This document shows positions 13,284 through 29,641 of a DNA stretch of 64,000 nt, piece by piece (position 1 is the first letter of the stretch; each line of letters starts with the position of its first letter). Location of the stretch: NCBI GenBank assembly GCA_951406725.2, contig OX597821.1, positions 41,726,001-41,790,000 of the forward strand, read 5' to 3'. Both the position numbers and the translations under genes were made by a program. The stretch is from Octopus vulgaris. Taxonomy: Eukaryota. The notes below the pieces were generated by a model. That model was given only the letters and a program-made list of their open reading frames with translations, did not search any database and had not been told where the DNA came from.

Positions 13284-13491
13284 CTCTTGCCGCCCTTGTT
13301 GTAAATTCTAAAATGGTATTTGGTGGTTGAACGTCATCTGGATACTCGTAATCAACGTCAGATGACAGCAAAATGTTACTGATTTTGTTCGTCAGCGGAA
13401 ATCTACCTTGTCCGCATGAACCAGTGAAGTCATCCATCTCCAAGGACCAGATAAACGCCCCGGCCAGGCCTTTGTTGATGATATTTTGAGC
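13284..13491 (-). CDS. GH18 chitinase exon 9 (end of catalytic domain + linker)
   Basis: Acceptor ttttcaaag. Encodes AQNIINKGLAGAFIWSLEMDDFTGSCGQGRFPL...TTRAAR (GH18 motif G..GAFIW.L..DD). Donor AG|gtagga is phase 1, matching exon 10. Confidence 0.93.
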
Positions 13492-13649
13492 CTTTGAAAA
13501 GAAAGAAAAAGCAAGTTAACAGATAAGCATTTATTTATTTGAGGTTCATATTTGTTTTATTGAATAAGGTGTCGAATTCCCTACAAAAGGGTATATCTCG
13601 GTACTGGCGATTTATCGTACGCATAAACGAATGGATGAGACAATTAATA

Positions 13650-13880
13650 TCTTATTTCTTTATTGCCCACAAGGAGCTAAACATAGAGAGGACAAACAAG
13701 GACAGACAAAGGGATTAAGTCGATTACATTGACCCCAGTGCGTAACTGCTACTTAATTTATCGACCCCGAAAGGATGAAAGGCAAAGTCGACCTCGGCAG
13801 AATTCGAACTCAGAACGTAACGGCAGACGAAATACCGCTAAGCATTTCGTCCGGCGTGCTAACGATTCTGCCAGCGCGCC
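13650..13880 (-). mobile_element. tRNA-derived SINE, family B, near full length
   Basis: Near-identical to the reverse complement of 23096-23312. Confidence 0.8.
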
Positions 13881-15010
13881 CTAGTGACTTAATCCATCAA
13901 GCAGTTAAGTAGTAGACTCACGCATACACACATACACACAAGCACAGGTGATTGTTTACAGATAGTCATATGTTTCGCTCGATACGAGCTCATCAAATGA
14001 ACGAGAATAAACATTTATAGTTCAACATGGAAATGACGATTTAGAAGTTTTTCTAAAAGTGAGTAAATAAGATTAAGAAGTTTTCTATCATAATGAATGA
14101 TAGAAGAGTTTATTGTTATTGACAGCAGAGGAATTTTTGTGAAACAGAGAGAAAGGAACAGCTTAGTAATATAAGCAAAAACAGATGAAAATGTATGAAG
14201 GAAGGAAATGGGAAAATATGGGAGAAACATGGGGAAGAAATTGGTAGTCATTTATTTCTTTGTAAAATAGTTCGTAAGAAAAGTCTGAGGTAATTACATA
14301 AAATTTCCGGAGATTATAAATTTATAAAGGAAGAAATAGATGTAAAAAATATATATATATTGATAAGTCACTGGTGAGGGACGGGAATTGCACATACTAA
14401 TTAAGATAATTAGTTAAGTGTCAGAGGTCTGCAGCAGTGGAGAATTGAGGTGGACAAGTGTGTAAAATCCACGGAAAACTTGGGCAAAGAAGACTGCAAA
14501 GTAAGTTTACAAATGTGGGGTTTATGGTAGGTGTAAATTAACAGTTGAGAAAATTAATTGAGTTTCTGAGAACAACAAAAATTAGTGAAATGAAATTAAC
14601 TAAAGAAGAGGGAATGTCATAAACGATTAAGAAATGGTGGTCAACAATGAGAAATATTTAGAATTATTTGTTGTGCCCTGAAAGGAACAGGTACTAAAAT
14701 TATATGTCGAAAATTCAGAGTTCTGGGTGTAAAGTTCAATAAAAATAAAAAAAAGTACCTAGATAAAGGTAGTTGAAGCGTTAATGCAATATCGGGGTGA
14801 AGAAAGAGCACAGCTAAAATATACGATACAAAGGTGCCCACCCAATAAGCAGAATTTAGCAGATTACTCGTAGCAAGTAGAATGGCTGTGTTTCAAGCAA
14901 AAATTGCGAGGTTTTTATTACCATTATAGAACTTCACTAAGGATATTATTTTCCCTTTCAGACTGTAGTTAGTGTTCTTCACCTTTAACTCTCGAATATA
15001 TCTTTTATCT

Positions 15011-15224
15011 TTTCTTTTTCTTTTACTTGTTTCAGTCATTTGACTGTGGCCATGCTGGAGCACCGCCTTTAGTCGAGCAAATCGACCCCAGGACTTATTC
15101 TTTGTAAGCCCAATACTTATTCTATCGGTCTCTTTTGCCGAACCGCTAAGTGACGGGAACGTAAACACACCAGCATTGGTTGTCAAGCAATGTTAGGGGG
15201 ACAAACACAGACACACAAACACAT

Positions 15225-15257
<33 letters not shown>

Positions 15258-15429
15258 CATATATACGACAGGCTTCTTTCAGTTTCCGTCTACCAAATCC
15301 ACTCACAAGGCATTGGTCGGCCCGGGGCTATAGCAGAAGACACTTGCCCAAGATGCCACGCAGTGGGACTGAACCCGGAACCATGTGGTTGGTAAGCAAG
15401 CTACTTACCACACAGCCACTCCTGCGCCT
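15011..15429 (-). mobile_element. tRNA-derived SINE, family A (internal CA/TA microsatellite)
   Basis: Head ggcgcaggagtggctgtgtggtaag...gggttcagtcc (A/B boxes), then CORE-like ccttgggcaagt and an aagagta-type tail. Other copies at ~19960-20299(-), 28675-29071(+), 30400-30879(-), 31230-31460(+), 39071-39418(-), 46362-46670 plus 50830-50998(-), 58630-58830(-), 58890-59316(+) and 59915-60265(+). Confidence 0.85.
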
Positions 15430-16459
15430 ATGTCGACAGTTCATATTTTCTATGTAGGTTTCTAAATGTATGAGTGTGGTTGTTGTAGCTTAATTTTAAA
15501 AGAATTTGTGGCACTAAGTGTAGCTTTACTCTCCTTCTTTTCATCTTTAGAGCTATTAGCAGTCTATTTAACACTATCCATTAGGTTCATATTTACCTTA
15601 ATGCATTGTATATGGGAAAATATATTTGATTTTTATTCCTTTGCATTTGTGATATGTATCTCTAAAATCTATAACTCTTCAGGGTGTCTACAATCATAAA
15701 GCAAATTTTCCTTCTTGCCTGGAACGAAGATAAAGATCAACCCTGCAAATTTATTTCGTTATAACTCGAAATTTACATCAATATCGTAACACGTAAAAAT
15801 GAGACAATTGAAAGGATGTAAATCTGAATTCTAAACGATTGGGAAATTAAAGAAAAATATCATACTGCTGTTAGGAATTCTAGAAGCCACGATAGCGCTC
15901 TGTAGCTATTCTTTTCAAATTTCTTTCATGCAAAAGTTTCATCAACACAGAGGCATACACACACACACACACACAAACTCACACACACTGTCTCTCTCTT
16001 TCACACACAAACACACTCACATGTATATATATATATATGTATATATATATATGAACGAAAATCCATTTTGTTGCGTACGTTTTACAATTTCTTTTCCTAA
16101 AGTTAATATGACCGAAAATGAAATAGGAACACAACAATCAGAAGACAGTTTCCTATGTGTATCAAGATTTAGATTTAGTAAATATTTTCGCATCCCGAAA
16201 AGGACGACTAATATCAATACAAGGTAAAAGGGAGTTACAGTGTGTTTCACAAAAGGAAAAGAAAAAAACAGGAAGAAAAATATACATTAAATTATATCCT
16301 TATATATTTCACATATATAAAGAGGGACATACAAAAATATATGGTGTTTCGCAAATTATTGACTAACTTCGAGGAAAAATATTCTGATATTATATAAAGA
16401 ATACACGTAAAAAATATGTATGTAGGAATGTGCACACATGCATATAATACATACATACC

Positions 16460-16524
<65 letters not shown>

Positions 16525-16562
16525 ATGTGTGTGTGTGCGTGTGTGTGTGTGTGTGTGTATAC

Positions 16563-16593
<31 letters not shown>

Positions 16594-16794
16594 ATATTTA
16601 ATACGATTTTAACTCGGAACCACATGTTAAATTTGTTAAATGCATGTTATTAAGTTCATGCAACCAGAAACAAATTTTTGGAATGCTATTATTTATGTCC
16701 AATATATGTAAAATATATGTGCGTGTAAGTGTGTGTATGTATTTGGGTGAGTCAATTATATGTACATACATATATATGTAACTTTGCCAAAAGT

Positions 16795-17330
16795 TGCAGA
16801 AAAAGATCTGAAATTTATGCCTACACCAAACGTCACATATTAGAGATCAGCCTATAATTCTGTCGAAAATAACAACTTTTTCATCGATAAAAATAATTAA
16901 AACTGATGAATCTTCGATAAGAAACAAATCAAAATTCAGCTCATCAAGAAGAACAATTCTTATCTAGCCAAGTATTTTGATATCCTTTCCAAATTCCCAC
17001 TTAACAATTGTTGTGGCGTATGTCAGTTCATACATATTAGTTAGTATTCAACGTAAAAATCGAAAGAATACTCCAATTGTGAACTGTCAAAGTAGAAATT
17101 TGATCTACTGCATCGAGTGTCCGAATTATAAAGAAACATATCTTGGTCAGACAGGAAACGTACTACTAGAACGTGCCTGAGTACACCGGCAACAGTTGAG
17201 AAACTCTTATGTCAGTGAAATCTCATTAAGAAACATACGGTCATAGAATGTTTTTATGACTCAAGTGGATTTAGAAGTGTAAGAGAAAAGAAATTTACTG
17301 AGAAGTTCAAACCTATTCTCAATGGTCTCT
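16795..17330 (+). pseudogene. Decayed, internally deleted Penelope-like element remnant
   Basis: LKFMPTP and DESSIRNKSKF match LKFTPTP and EDSIARNKSNY of the 46.7-kb element. These are followed by GIY-YIG-like NCQSRNLIYCIECPNYKETYLGQT...RA*VHRQQLRN. The RT core is missing. Confidence 0.7.
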
Positions 17331-17819
17331 ACTATGAAGAATAATATTGATGGTGTTTTGCATTTAATTCTACTTAGAAACTGTTCTTATATTAATAATA
17401 GTATTAAGTTCAATTTGAATTCAATTTCATGAAAAAATATTTAAGGTGGAACTACTGTTTGTAGTATCAGATGTTTCCCCAAGATTTGGCTGTAGCTGAA
17501 TCCTCTTTTGATGACTTTGGCGGGCTAAAATCTTTTTATGAATAAGCGTTGTAGATGCCGCTATGTGCCATATTCAAGCTGTACGCTGATTGGTTAAAAT
17601 AGGTTTCGCAAGCGTCAGCCTGCTAAAAGGTATTTAAAGGAAAAATTCAACCATTTGACTGAAGTTATCATTTGCGAAATGTATTAGTTGTTTGTTAATG
17701 CAGCTTCTTCATAAACATGGAGGTAGTTGTGAAAATTGTAACAAAGTGTGAAAATCGAACTGTGTTAGATTTTGATTGAGTAATCTACACAATTTTAGTA
17801 ATCTGCACACAGATGGATG

Positions 17820-17886
<67 letters not shown>

Positions 17887-18013
17887 GTACATATACATAT
17901 GATATATATGTATATGTGTATGTGGGTGTTGTGCGTGTGAGTGTATGTATGCGTATATAAGTGCTGTGTGTGTCTAAATACACACATATATGTGTGTTTG
18001 TGTGTGTATATTC

Positions 18014-18051
<38 letters not shown>

Positions 18052-18059
18052 ATATATCC

Positions 18060-18093
<34 letters not shown>

Positions 18094-20123
18094 ATCCATA
18101 TCTATACGTAATGCATAAACACATGTTGCAACTAATATATTTTTACAGGCTATTCAAAATATAACAGTTAACAAAGTTTTATAAAGATATAACAGTAATT
18201 ATATTAAACAAATATAACCTTTAGAAAATCTGTCTATGCATGCAAAGAAATTTTTTATAAGATATAAAATTGAATTATAATACCACGTAGATAAAATATG
18301 AAATAGTTTAGCGACATAATTCAATTGATGTCTTCATGCTGTTAGAATATTTGAAACTCTGCATACGAACCCTCGCAAATATATGACGGTTTCCATTCGA
18401 AGATAAAGTCTCAGATCTCATTGTTAAAACTAAGGATCCTCAAAATTACTTAGCTTCGATCGTTTCGTTTGTTACCGTAATTCTCTTTTCGCTTAGACGT
18501 GCGCACGTTTCATTTTTATCTCTTCTTCAATCTTCAATTAAGGTTTTCTTTCTTTTTCTTTTACACATATCTAAGAGAAGAATTTTGTCTAGGGAGTAGA
18601 TCAGCAGCGAAGGGTTTCTCATGTCCAAGCGTACTTGAGCGTATCGAATGTAACTTTACTTACATATGTTTCATTCAACGCTACGTCACACGACATTATT
18701 TCGTTTTTTTTTTTTTTTTTTTGCATTTGTTGTTTACTGGTTCCTTCTTGTTTCGGGTCTTCTTTCGCTGCTATTTTGATTTCTTTATTTGTTCCTCTAC
18801 TTTCCTTCTTTCATTGTTAGTTTGCTGGGTATCTACAAAGGCAATGCTGCTGAAGACATTACAAATATTGCGTTTCCTTTCTAACTCGTTTATCTTACAA
18901 TCCCAAGAATGTTTCCAGCATGCCTCTAATTCAGTGCTATCTTAATCGGCTTCTAAAGTCCCAAATTATTCTGTTTATATTAATTATTCTGAAATGATTT
19001 TTATAAAATTATTCAGATCCTTTAACTTTCAACACATTTCTTCTACTTGAAGCAACTTTAGAATTATTCCAGTCGTTTTTGTTGTTATTTTTTTAACCAA
19101 GTTAACCAAATCTAGCGTTCTCTTCTTTTTTGTTTTCTGTCGTCTTTATTTCTGTTTCCTCGGATGGCGAGCTAACAGAATCGTTAGCACGCCGGGCAAA
19201 ATACTTAGCGACATTTCTTCCGGCTTAACGTTCTGAGTTCAAATGTCAACGAGCTCAACTTTGACTTTTTATCCTTTCGGGGTCGACAAAATAAGTACTA
19301 GTTGAGAACAGGGGTCGATGTTCGACAAATTCTCCCACAAATTTCAGTCCTTGTCCCAACAGTAGAGCGGACTATCTCTGCTTCGAAAGGTGTTTCTTTA
19401 AAGCGACACTTTATCTTAATACCTAATCGTTTTAACTCAGATAAATACTATATTATGCAATGCTTTTCACGAAAAATATATAATGCTATATTAAAAGAAG
19501 CATTATATAACACTAAATTGGAATACAGAAAACAAGAAAAAAAAGTACAGCTCCGATGGAAAAGTAATATTAAAACAAATTATATTTATAATAAAATTTC
19601 ATAAACGAAAATGAATTGATATCTCAAGAAATTAGCAATCAAAATTTATTTATTTTTTAAAGAAAAAGCTCAGATTTAAAAATATATGACAACAATTGAA
19701 TTAGTCTCTCTGCGATAAAAAAAAAATAATAACTGCAGTTTAGTGACGACGGTGACAAACGTGTGATATTGGAAAGAACATACAGAAAGGCGGCTTTCAT
19801 AGATGTAAGAGACTCATGTATGTTGAGAGAGGGACAGAGAGGGGGGAGAGAGGGAGGCTTCGATAAAACGGCTGGTGTTAGTTGGTCATATGTTCAGTAT
19901 CAGTCAATATATTCGTATGAGAAGGCGGCGAGATGGCAGAAACGTTAGCACGCCAGCCGACCCCAGGACTTATTCTCTGTAAGACTAGTACTTATTCTAT
20001 CGGTCTCTCTTGCCGAACAACTAGATTACGGGGATATAAACACACCAGCATCGGTTGTCAAGCGATTTGGGGGGACAAACACAGACACACAATCATAGAC
20101 ACACACACAAATATATGTATCTC

Positions 20124-20157
<34 letters not shown>

Positions 20158-20497
20158 GACAAGCTTCTTTCAGTTTCCATATACTAAATCCACTCACATG
20201 GCTATAGTAGAAGACACTTGCCCAAGGTGCCACACAGTGGGACTGAACGTGGAACCATGTGGTTGGTTAGCAAGCTACTTACCACACAGCCACGCCTGCA
20301 CGTGAAGTAAATGTAGAATTTAAAGATGGCCAGATCGGAGCCCACCTCGTGAGTTGAACTCATTTTCTATAATCGATTGGCGTGTGGGGGTTGTTAATAA
20401 ATTGCATATCTTTATAAATGTGTTAGGGTGATGGACTTTAAAATAATCCATACATATATGTGAGTGTACATAGACATAATATGAGGAGACATGTGTG

Positions 20498-23096
<2,599 letters not shown>

Positions 23097-23363
23097 CTGG
23101 CAGAATCGTTAGCACGCCGGGCGAAATGCGTAGCCGCATTTCGTCTGCCGTTACGTTCCGAGTTCAAATTCCGCCGAAGTCGACTTTGCCTTTCATTCTT
23201 TCGGGGTCGATAAATTATGTACCAGTTACGCACTGGGGTCGATGTAATCGACTTAATCCGTCTGTCTTTGTTTGTCCCCTCTGAGTTTAACCCCTTGTGG
23301 GTAGTAAAGAAATATATATATAAATGTGTATGTGTGTACATGTATATGTAAATATCTGTATAT

Positions 23364-23728
23364 GGAGGCGCAATGGCCCAATGGTTAGGGCACCGGACTC
23401 ACGGTCGCAGGATCGCGGCTTTGATTCCCCGACCGGGCGTTGTGTTTATTGAGCGAAAACACCTAAAGCTCCACGAAGCTCCGGCAGGAGGTGGTGACAA
23501 ACCTACTGTGCTCTTTCAACTCAACTTTCTCTCACTCTTTCTTCAGTTGTACCTGAATTTCAAAGGGCCAGCCTTGTCACACTCTGTATTACCCTAAATC
23601 TCCCCGAGAACTACGTTAAGGGTACACGTGTCGTTGGAGTGCTCAGCCACTTGCACGTTAATATTACGAGCAGGCTGTTCCGTTAATCGGTTCGACCGGA
23701 ACCTTCATCGTCGTAACTGACAGAATGC
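23364..23728 (+). mobile_element. tRNA-derived SINE, family C
   Basis: tRNA-like head ggaggcgcaatggcccaatggttagggc...ttgattccc; related copies at 24909-25160(+) and ~57000-57566(-). Confidence 0.7.
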
Positions 23729-23914
23729 CGTATATGCATATGTGTGTATATACATATGTGTGTGTGTGCATATATATACACACACACATACACAGACACA
23801 CACATATATGCGAAGAAGAAGTATGGGCATATTGTTTGGTGATGTTTGCGTATGTAAGTGTGCACGTGTGCGCTCAGGAATTCGGTGTCTGCTTGCGTGG
23901 TGGTGGGAAGACTC

Positions 23915-23969
<55 letters not shown>

Positions 23970-24053
23970 ATTTTGCCGAACGAACGATCACTGATGATGT
24001 CAAACAAAATAGCTAGCATCGAAATTTTAAAAATCAATAAGTGGCTACATTAC

Positions 24054-24176
24054 CTTAATTTGAACACTGATTATATTCTCGAAACCCACCCATTGATTAC
24101 CTCCGTAGGCATAAGGTACTTTCTGTGGGTCAATCCAGGCGCTTTTCCAGCCCCGTTCTCGAATATTTTCACATAT
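24054..24176 (-). CDS. GH18 chitinase exon 8
   Basis: ag|ICENIRERGWKSAWIDPQKVPYAYGGNQWVGFENIISVQIK|gtaatg; 123 nt, phase 0/0; VPYAY..NQWVG motif. Confidence 0.95.
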
Positions 24177-24526
24177 CTATCAAATAGAGATGATACACAT
24201 TTAATATACTTCAATTACGCTTGATATCAGTTATTACAAAATGACTTCTATATACAAAGAAAAAAAATGCGACCGAAAATGATTTATTAATGATTTTTCT
24301 TAAGTTCATCAAAAGAATAAGCTATTGTGCTTACTTTTTACGAAAAAAACTATTTTCTTCGAAACAAGTGCCAATCGAGACATTCGAGCCTTCCTTTAGG
24401 CTTTCCAAATATTAACTCCTGGATGTCATCTTAGATAATCGCATAATCTCATTGTGCGGTTTTATTTCAAGAATTCTCGCCAAGAGAGAAAGATGTATGT
24501 ATGTATCTGAGTGCGTGTGTGTGAAA

Positions 24527-24587
<61 letters not shown>

Positions 24588-24741
24588 TGTGTGTGTGTTT
24601 GTGTATGATTAAGGGGAAATAACCCGTCCTGATTAACGTTTTTTTTTTTTGTATTCCTTGAGTTCTGAGCGTTTCCTCAGAAACGTAATCAATTTTATTA
24701 TCTACGTCGCTGACGTAGATAATTTTTAATTTTCTATTCAT

Positions 24742-24806
24742 ATAGAGTCTGAAGAGCTGTCCACAAGGCTTTGGCTTCGTGAGTGCGAAACCTTGAGTAA
24801 CTCTAT
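24742..24806 (+). ncRNA. Type I hammerhead ribozyme (intact core)
   Basis: atagagt-CTGAAGA-gc...gc-GAAA-ccttgag-TA-actctat. Perfect 7-bp stem I and GUA site; ~20 nt upstream of (TA)n. Confidence 0.75.
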
Positions 24807-24822
24807 GTAAAATTTTCTTGTA

Positions 24823-24910
<88 letters not shown>

Positions 24911-25194
24911 AGGCGCAATGACCTAGTTGTTAGGGCAGCGGGCTCGCGGTCGCAGGATCGCGGTTTCGATTCCCAGACCGGGCGTTGTGTGTGTTTATTG
25001 AGCGAAAACAGGGTGGTGATCCCTGCTGTACTCTTTCACCACTCTTTCTCCCATTCTTTCTTCTGTTGGCCTGCTCACTTTGAAGGCTAAAACAATGCGA
25101 ACGCATTGTGACCAGCGATGTGTAACAACATCTGATGGTCTGGTCGGTCACGTGATCACGTTATATATATATATATATATATAATACAATAAAG

Positions 25195-25297
25195 TGTTTC
25201 CCTGATGATCTGTCGTGGTTCCGTATCCAATACACACTCAAAACATCCAAAACAACCAATGTAAAGAACCACAACAGTGAAACGTACGTAGGGAACA
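25195..25297 (+). ncRNA. Type I hammerhead ribozyme with extended stem II (intact core)
   Basis: tgtttcc-CTGATGA-t ctgt c gtggttc...gaaccac a acag t-GAAA-cgtacg-TA-gggaaca. 7-bp stem I, 11-bp interrupted stem II, palindromic stem III, GUA site. Confidence 0.85.
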
Positions 25298-26734
25298 AAT
25301 GATACACACTTGTGATTATCCTAATTCCTTCGACATTTGCTCTGTACATCATAACTAGTAATACTACTAAGTATTCTAGGTGATGGTAATTCATGTAGAA
25401 CTCTGAACTCAATAGTAACAATCGCACATCTAGTTGTACAGACAAGATGTATTATATATACGTATTTAACGACGGATAGACAGATGTGATTATAAGTGAC
25501 AACCTATTTTCTCCATGACACATACTGAGTATTAATGTGCTCCACTTTTCAAGTCGTTAATAATTACATCTTATTCTCTGTTTGTTTTCCCTGTTCTGTT
25601 TACAAAGAAATTGCAAAGAATTATGAACGCTTCTAAAATTACTTTGGCACCTGTCATCCTATAAAGAATACAAAATGCGTCTAAAACCATCATTTTTGTT
25701 CATTTAAATCTTCCATTAATTGGAAGAGACGTTCTGTAATGAACAACTTTATATAGCCGTATCTAGGTGTTTACAAGGCGCACGTGTTTATAAATTTCGC
25801 CTCAGTTTAGGCTGAACCATTATTCATCACCTGTTTGTATCCAACAATGAAACTTTTGTCCACAAGATCCAACCAAATTTCAGGGACATCATTTTGCGGG
25901 GGAAAAGCGACTAACAGGCCTTTAAATGCCATTTATTGGTTCGATATGTACTTGTCCGCGTATCTGTTGTATTTTCTCGATAGGTTAAATGAAGTTCAAG
26001 GATGTATTTTTGAAAAAATTTGAAGTCATCCTTAAATTTTGATGCGTAAAAACTTCTATTATATTTCTTTAACAAAAAAGATAACTATGCCCCGATTTAC
26101 AATACTTTTTCTTTACAATCACCCTATTTATACTATTGTGTACGCATGCAATACATACAGAATTATCTGGCGTCACAATTATGCAAGCCAGATAATTGAC
26201 GCTCGTACACCCGCCCATCACAAAAAACGTTCGTATTCTATATGTATGTGTATATATATAGATATAGATATAGATATATATATAGATGTGGGCGAGGTGT
26301 AATAATGTGTGTTGTTTTGTGAAGTTATGTATAATAACATTTTGATATTAAACTGAACAATTTCTCAGTACTTTTTAGTAGAGTACATATTTATTAACTT
26401 TCCCAAGGAAAGGTTGAACTTCGAAGTTTAGGCTTGTTCTCCATGAAACAATGAAGTCGGAACTTCGAAGTTACTGTCAACGTTACCCGTGAAAAAAAAA
26501 CGTGTGTGTACGCATATATGTACACAAAGTTAAACGGATGGAACAAAGGCCGTTCTCTCCGAGCTAAACGTCTTTCCGTAACCCATTACTTACATATAAA
26601 TGTATGCAATTATGTGTGTTACGTATGTTATAAAAGTGCGCCATATCGTCAGGTTCCCGAACGGCACCCTTAACTTATTGATTGTACTGACAATTCGATC
26701 GAAAATATCCAGCAGAAATACACACACACACACA

Positions 26735-26783
<49 letters not shown>

Positions 26784-27679
26784 ACTTTTGTTTCAATCAT
26801 CGGGCTGTGAATAAATATAAACATTTGATGGGGAAGGCAATAACTCAGATTTTAGTAAATCTAGGTTGCGTTCATTAGATTTCATTAAATATTATATCTG
26901 CATAAAATTGAAATTCAAAAACGGCAATTTAATTCTACATGAAACTAACTTTTGCCCCTTGAATTGTCGATACCTATGATTACAAAAATGCGAAGTTTTA
27001 TCCTCAGTACCATCAAAAGTTATTTTGTTATATGAGCCTTTAGAATGTACATGAAAGTTCATATCGGAAATGTACTAAAATTTGTGCGTTGGCGTATGTT
27101 CTATAAAATGTAGTGGGCAGTGAAACGATAAATCAACCGTTTATAGGAGCGCTGTTACAGGTATGGTGGTGAGGGTGGAATGGTTATTAAAATCTTGCGA
27201 AAACTAAAAGAAGGTAAAGAGAGGGAAATGGAGGGTGTGCATATATGTATGATATGGTATGGTACTACTAATTTAACGTTATTAGAATTTCCTGATTGTA
27301 CAGGACGAACTTTTCACGTTGAAATACCTGGTGAATTTCTGCTTTCTTGTATTTATATTGTCGCTGCAATCGTGTGAAAGTTACATAGGCATATGGAAGG
27401 GAAGGTTTGAGAAGGATCTTACTACTATGAAACATCCTTCAGACACCACAACAAAAGAAGCACCACGACGATAACTAATGCATCCGGAGAATGAAAGGCA
27501 GAAACTTCGACAATATTAAACGTAGGATTGTCGAATGAGTGAAATCATTCATATATCATTCCAGAAAATGCAGCATCTGCATGCCGAAAAAATTGTACAT
27601 TCTGCGTAAAACCAAGAGCTCTTGATAGTTATATAAACGTCCGCGCACACATACATACATACATACATACATACATACA

Positions 27680-27737
<58 letters not shown>

Positions 27738-27948
27738 TGTATGGATGGATGGATGGATGGATGGATGGATGGATGGATGGATGGATGGATGGATGGATGG
27801 AACCATGAAAACATTTAATGTTTGAATGTTTTTTAACTGAATCACTCGTGACGAAAATTTCAACGTTTTATAGTCAAATACTGTAAAGGTGAATGTTTCA
27901 AGTGGAATGTTTAGAAGTTTCTACCTTAATGTATTAAATCTGTCTTAC

Positions 27949-28134
27949 CTCATAATATGACAGAACACCTTTTTCATCTGTATAAGCACCTTTATTACCG
28001 CCACCGTTTGCTGGAGCAAATAAGTCGTGAGTATTAGGATCTTGTAAAGTGTAACTCATTCCATAGGTAGGGATACCAATAATGAGTTTAGATCGAGGGA
28101 TACCAGCCCTAAGCCAAAAATTAATAGACCATTC
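27949..28134 (-). CDS. GH18 chitinase exon 7
   Basis: ttttcag|EWSINFWLRAGIPRSKLIIGIPTYGMSYTLQDPNTHDLFAPANGGGNKGAYTDEKGVLSYYE|gtaaga; 186 nt, phase 0/0; KL.IGIPTYG motif. Confidence 0.96.
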
Positions 28135-29592
28135 CTGAAAAGAAAAGAATATTCCATGATAAACTGTATCATTATCATTGCGAGGAGCTTTGAATTACAT
28201 TATGATATTATTAAACACTCTAAGATGACGAGCCGGCAGAATCATTAACACGTCGGGAAAAAATGCTTTGTGGTATTTCGATTGCCTTTACGTTCTGGAT
28301 GTCGACTTTGCCTTTCGTCCTTTCGAGATCGATAAAATAAGTACCAGTTGGGTACTGGGATCGATTTAAAAACTTAGCATCTCCCTCAAAATGCTGGCCT
28401 TGTGCCAAAATTTGAAACCGTTATAACTAAGCACTTTGAAGGTAATTATCTGGCAGAATCGTTTGCACACTAGGCAAAATGCTTGGCGGCGTTTCGTCCA
28501 TCTTCACGTTCTGAGTTCAAATTCCGCCGAGGTCGACTTTACATTTTATCCTTTCGGATAAATTAACAACCAGTCAAGAACTGAGTTCTATGCAATTGAC
28601 TAGTCTCTCCCGCCAAATTTCAGGTCATGTGCCTATGGTAAAAAAGGCTATTATTAACCACGATATTGTATATAGGCGCAGGAGTGACTGTGTGGTAAGT
28701 AGCTTGCTTATCAACCACATGGTTCCACTTTTCAGTCCCACTGCGTGCCACCTTGAGCGTGTGTCTTCTACTATAGCCTTAGGCTGACCAAAGACTTGTG
28801 AGCGGATTTGGTAGACGGAAACTGAAAGAAGCCCGTCGTATATATGTATGTGTGAGTGTGTTTGTGTGTCTGTGTTTATCCCCCCAACATCGCTTGACAA
28901 CCGATGCTGGTGTGTTTACGTCCCCGTAACTTACCGGTTCGGCAAAAGAGACCGATAGAATAAGCACTAGGCTTACAAAGAATAAGTCCTGGAGTCGATG
29001 TACTCGACTAAAGGCGCTGTTCCAGCATGGCTGCAGTCAAATGGCTGAAACAAGTGAAAGAGTAAAAGAGTATAATTAATGCTTCTTCTTCTTGCAAGTG
29101 TTAACGGAATATTCTGGGCCGCACAAACGGGTTCAGAAACCTTCCGATTTGTCTATCAGCTGAACAATACTTTCTGCCATTGATGCCGCAATGTTTATAC
29201 GCAGAGAATTTTGTAGGAATCTATGTTTGCGCTTCTATTTTCTACTGAAGTAGAATTGTAATTACTGTTATTGTAATTACTGCTTGGATGCAAACGTCTT
29301 ACCGCACATCCATGCTTAATTGTACATTTTTATATAATGACACTAAATTTAAACTGAATCGTAGAATACGAATAGAATTTAAATTACATTATCGATTGGC
29401 ATTATAAGATTGACGAATGTGACGTTTCTAATTGTGTTATTGCTGGTGTGTCCCAGACATTGTCTACAGGCCCTCATACAGGAACACTAGTAGACTATAA
29501 GGTTATTTCTGAAAAGACAAATAAAATTAATCTATAACTGCTTTGTTATACATTCACGTCGGTACATCAGAGCACACCTCTCTCATCTTCTC

Positions 29593-29641
<49 letters not shown>

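Noticed and set aside
16903-16932. CTGATGA...GAAA hammerhead-like string
   Set aside because: No stem I or stem III pairing; it is decayed PLE coding sequence (TDESSIRNKSKF).
23364-23437. tRNA-like sequences (also 24909, 4930-4995, 57500-57566)
   Set aside because: SINE heads running into repeat bodies, not stand-alone tRNA genes.
23986-24040. CTGATGA...GAAA-ttttaaaa near the exon 8 donor
   Set aside because: Stem I cannot form and stem II is out of register.
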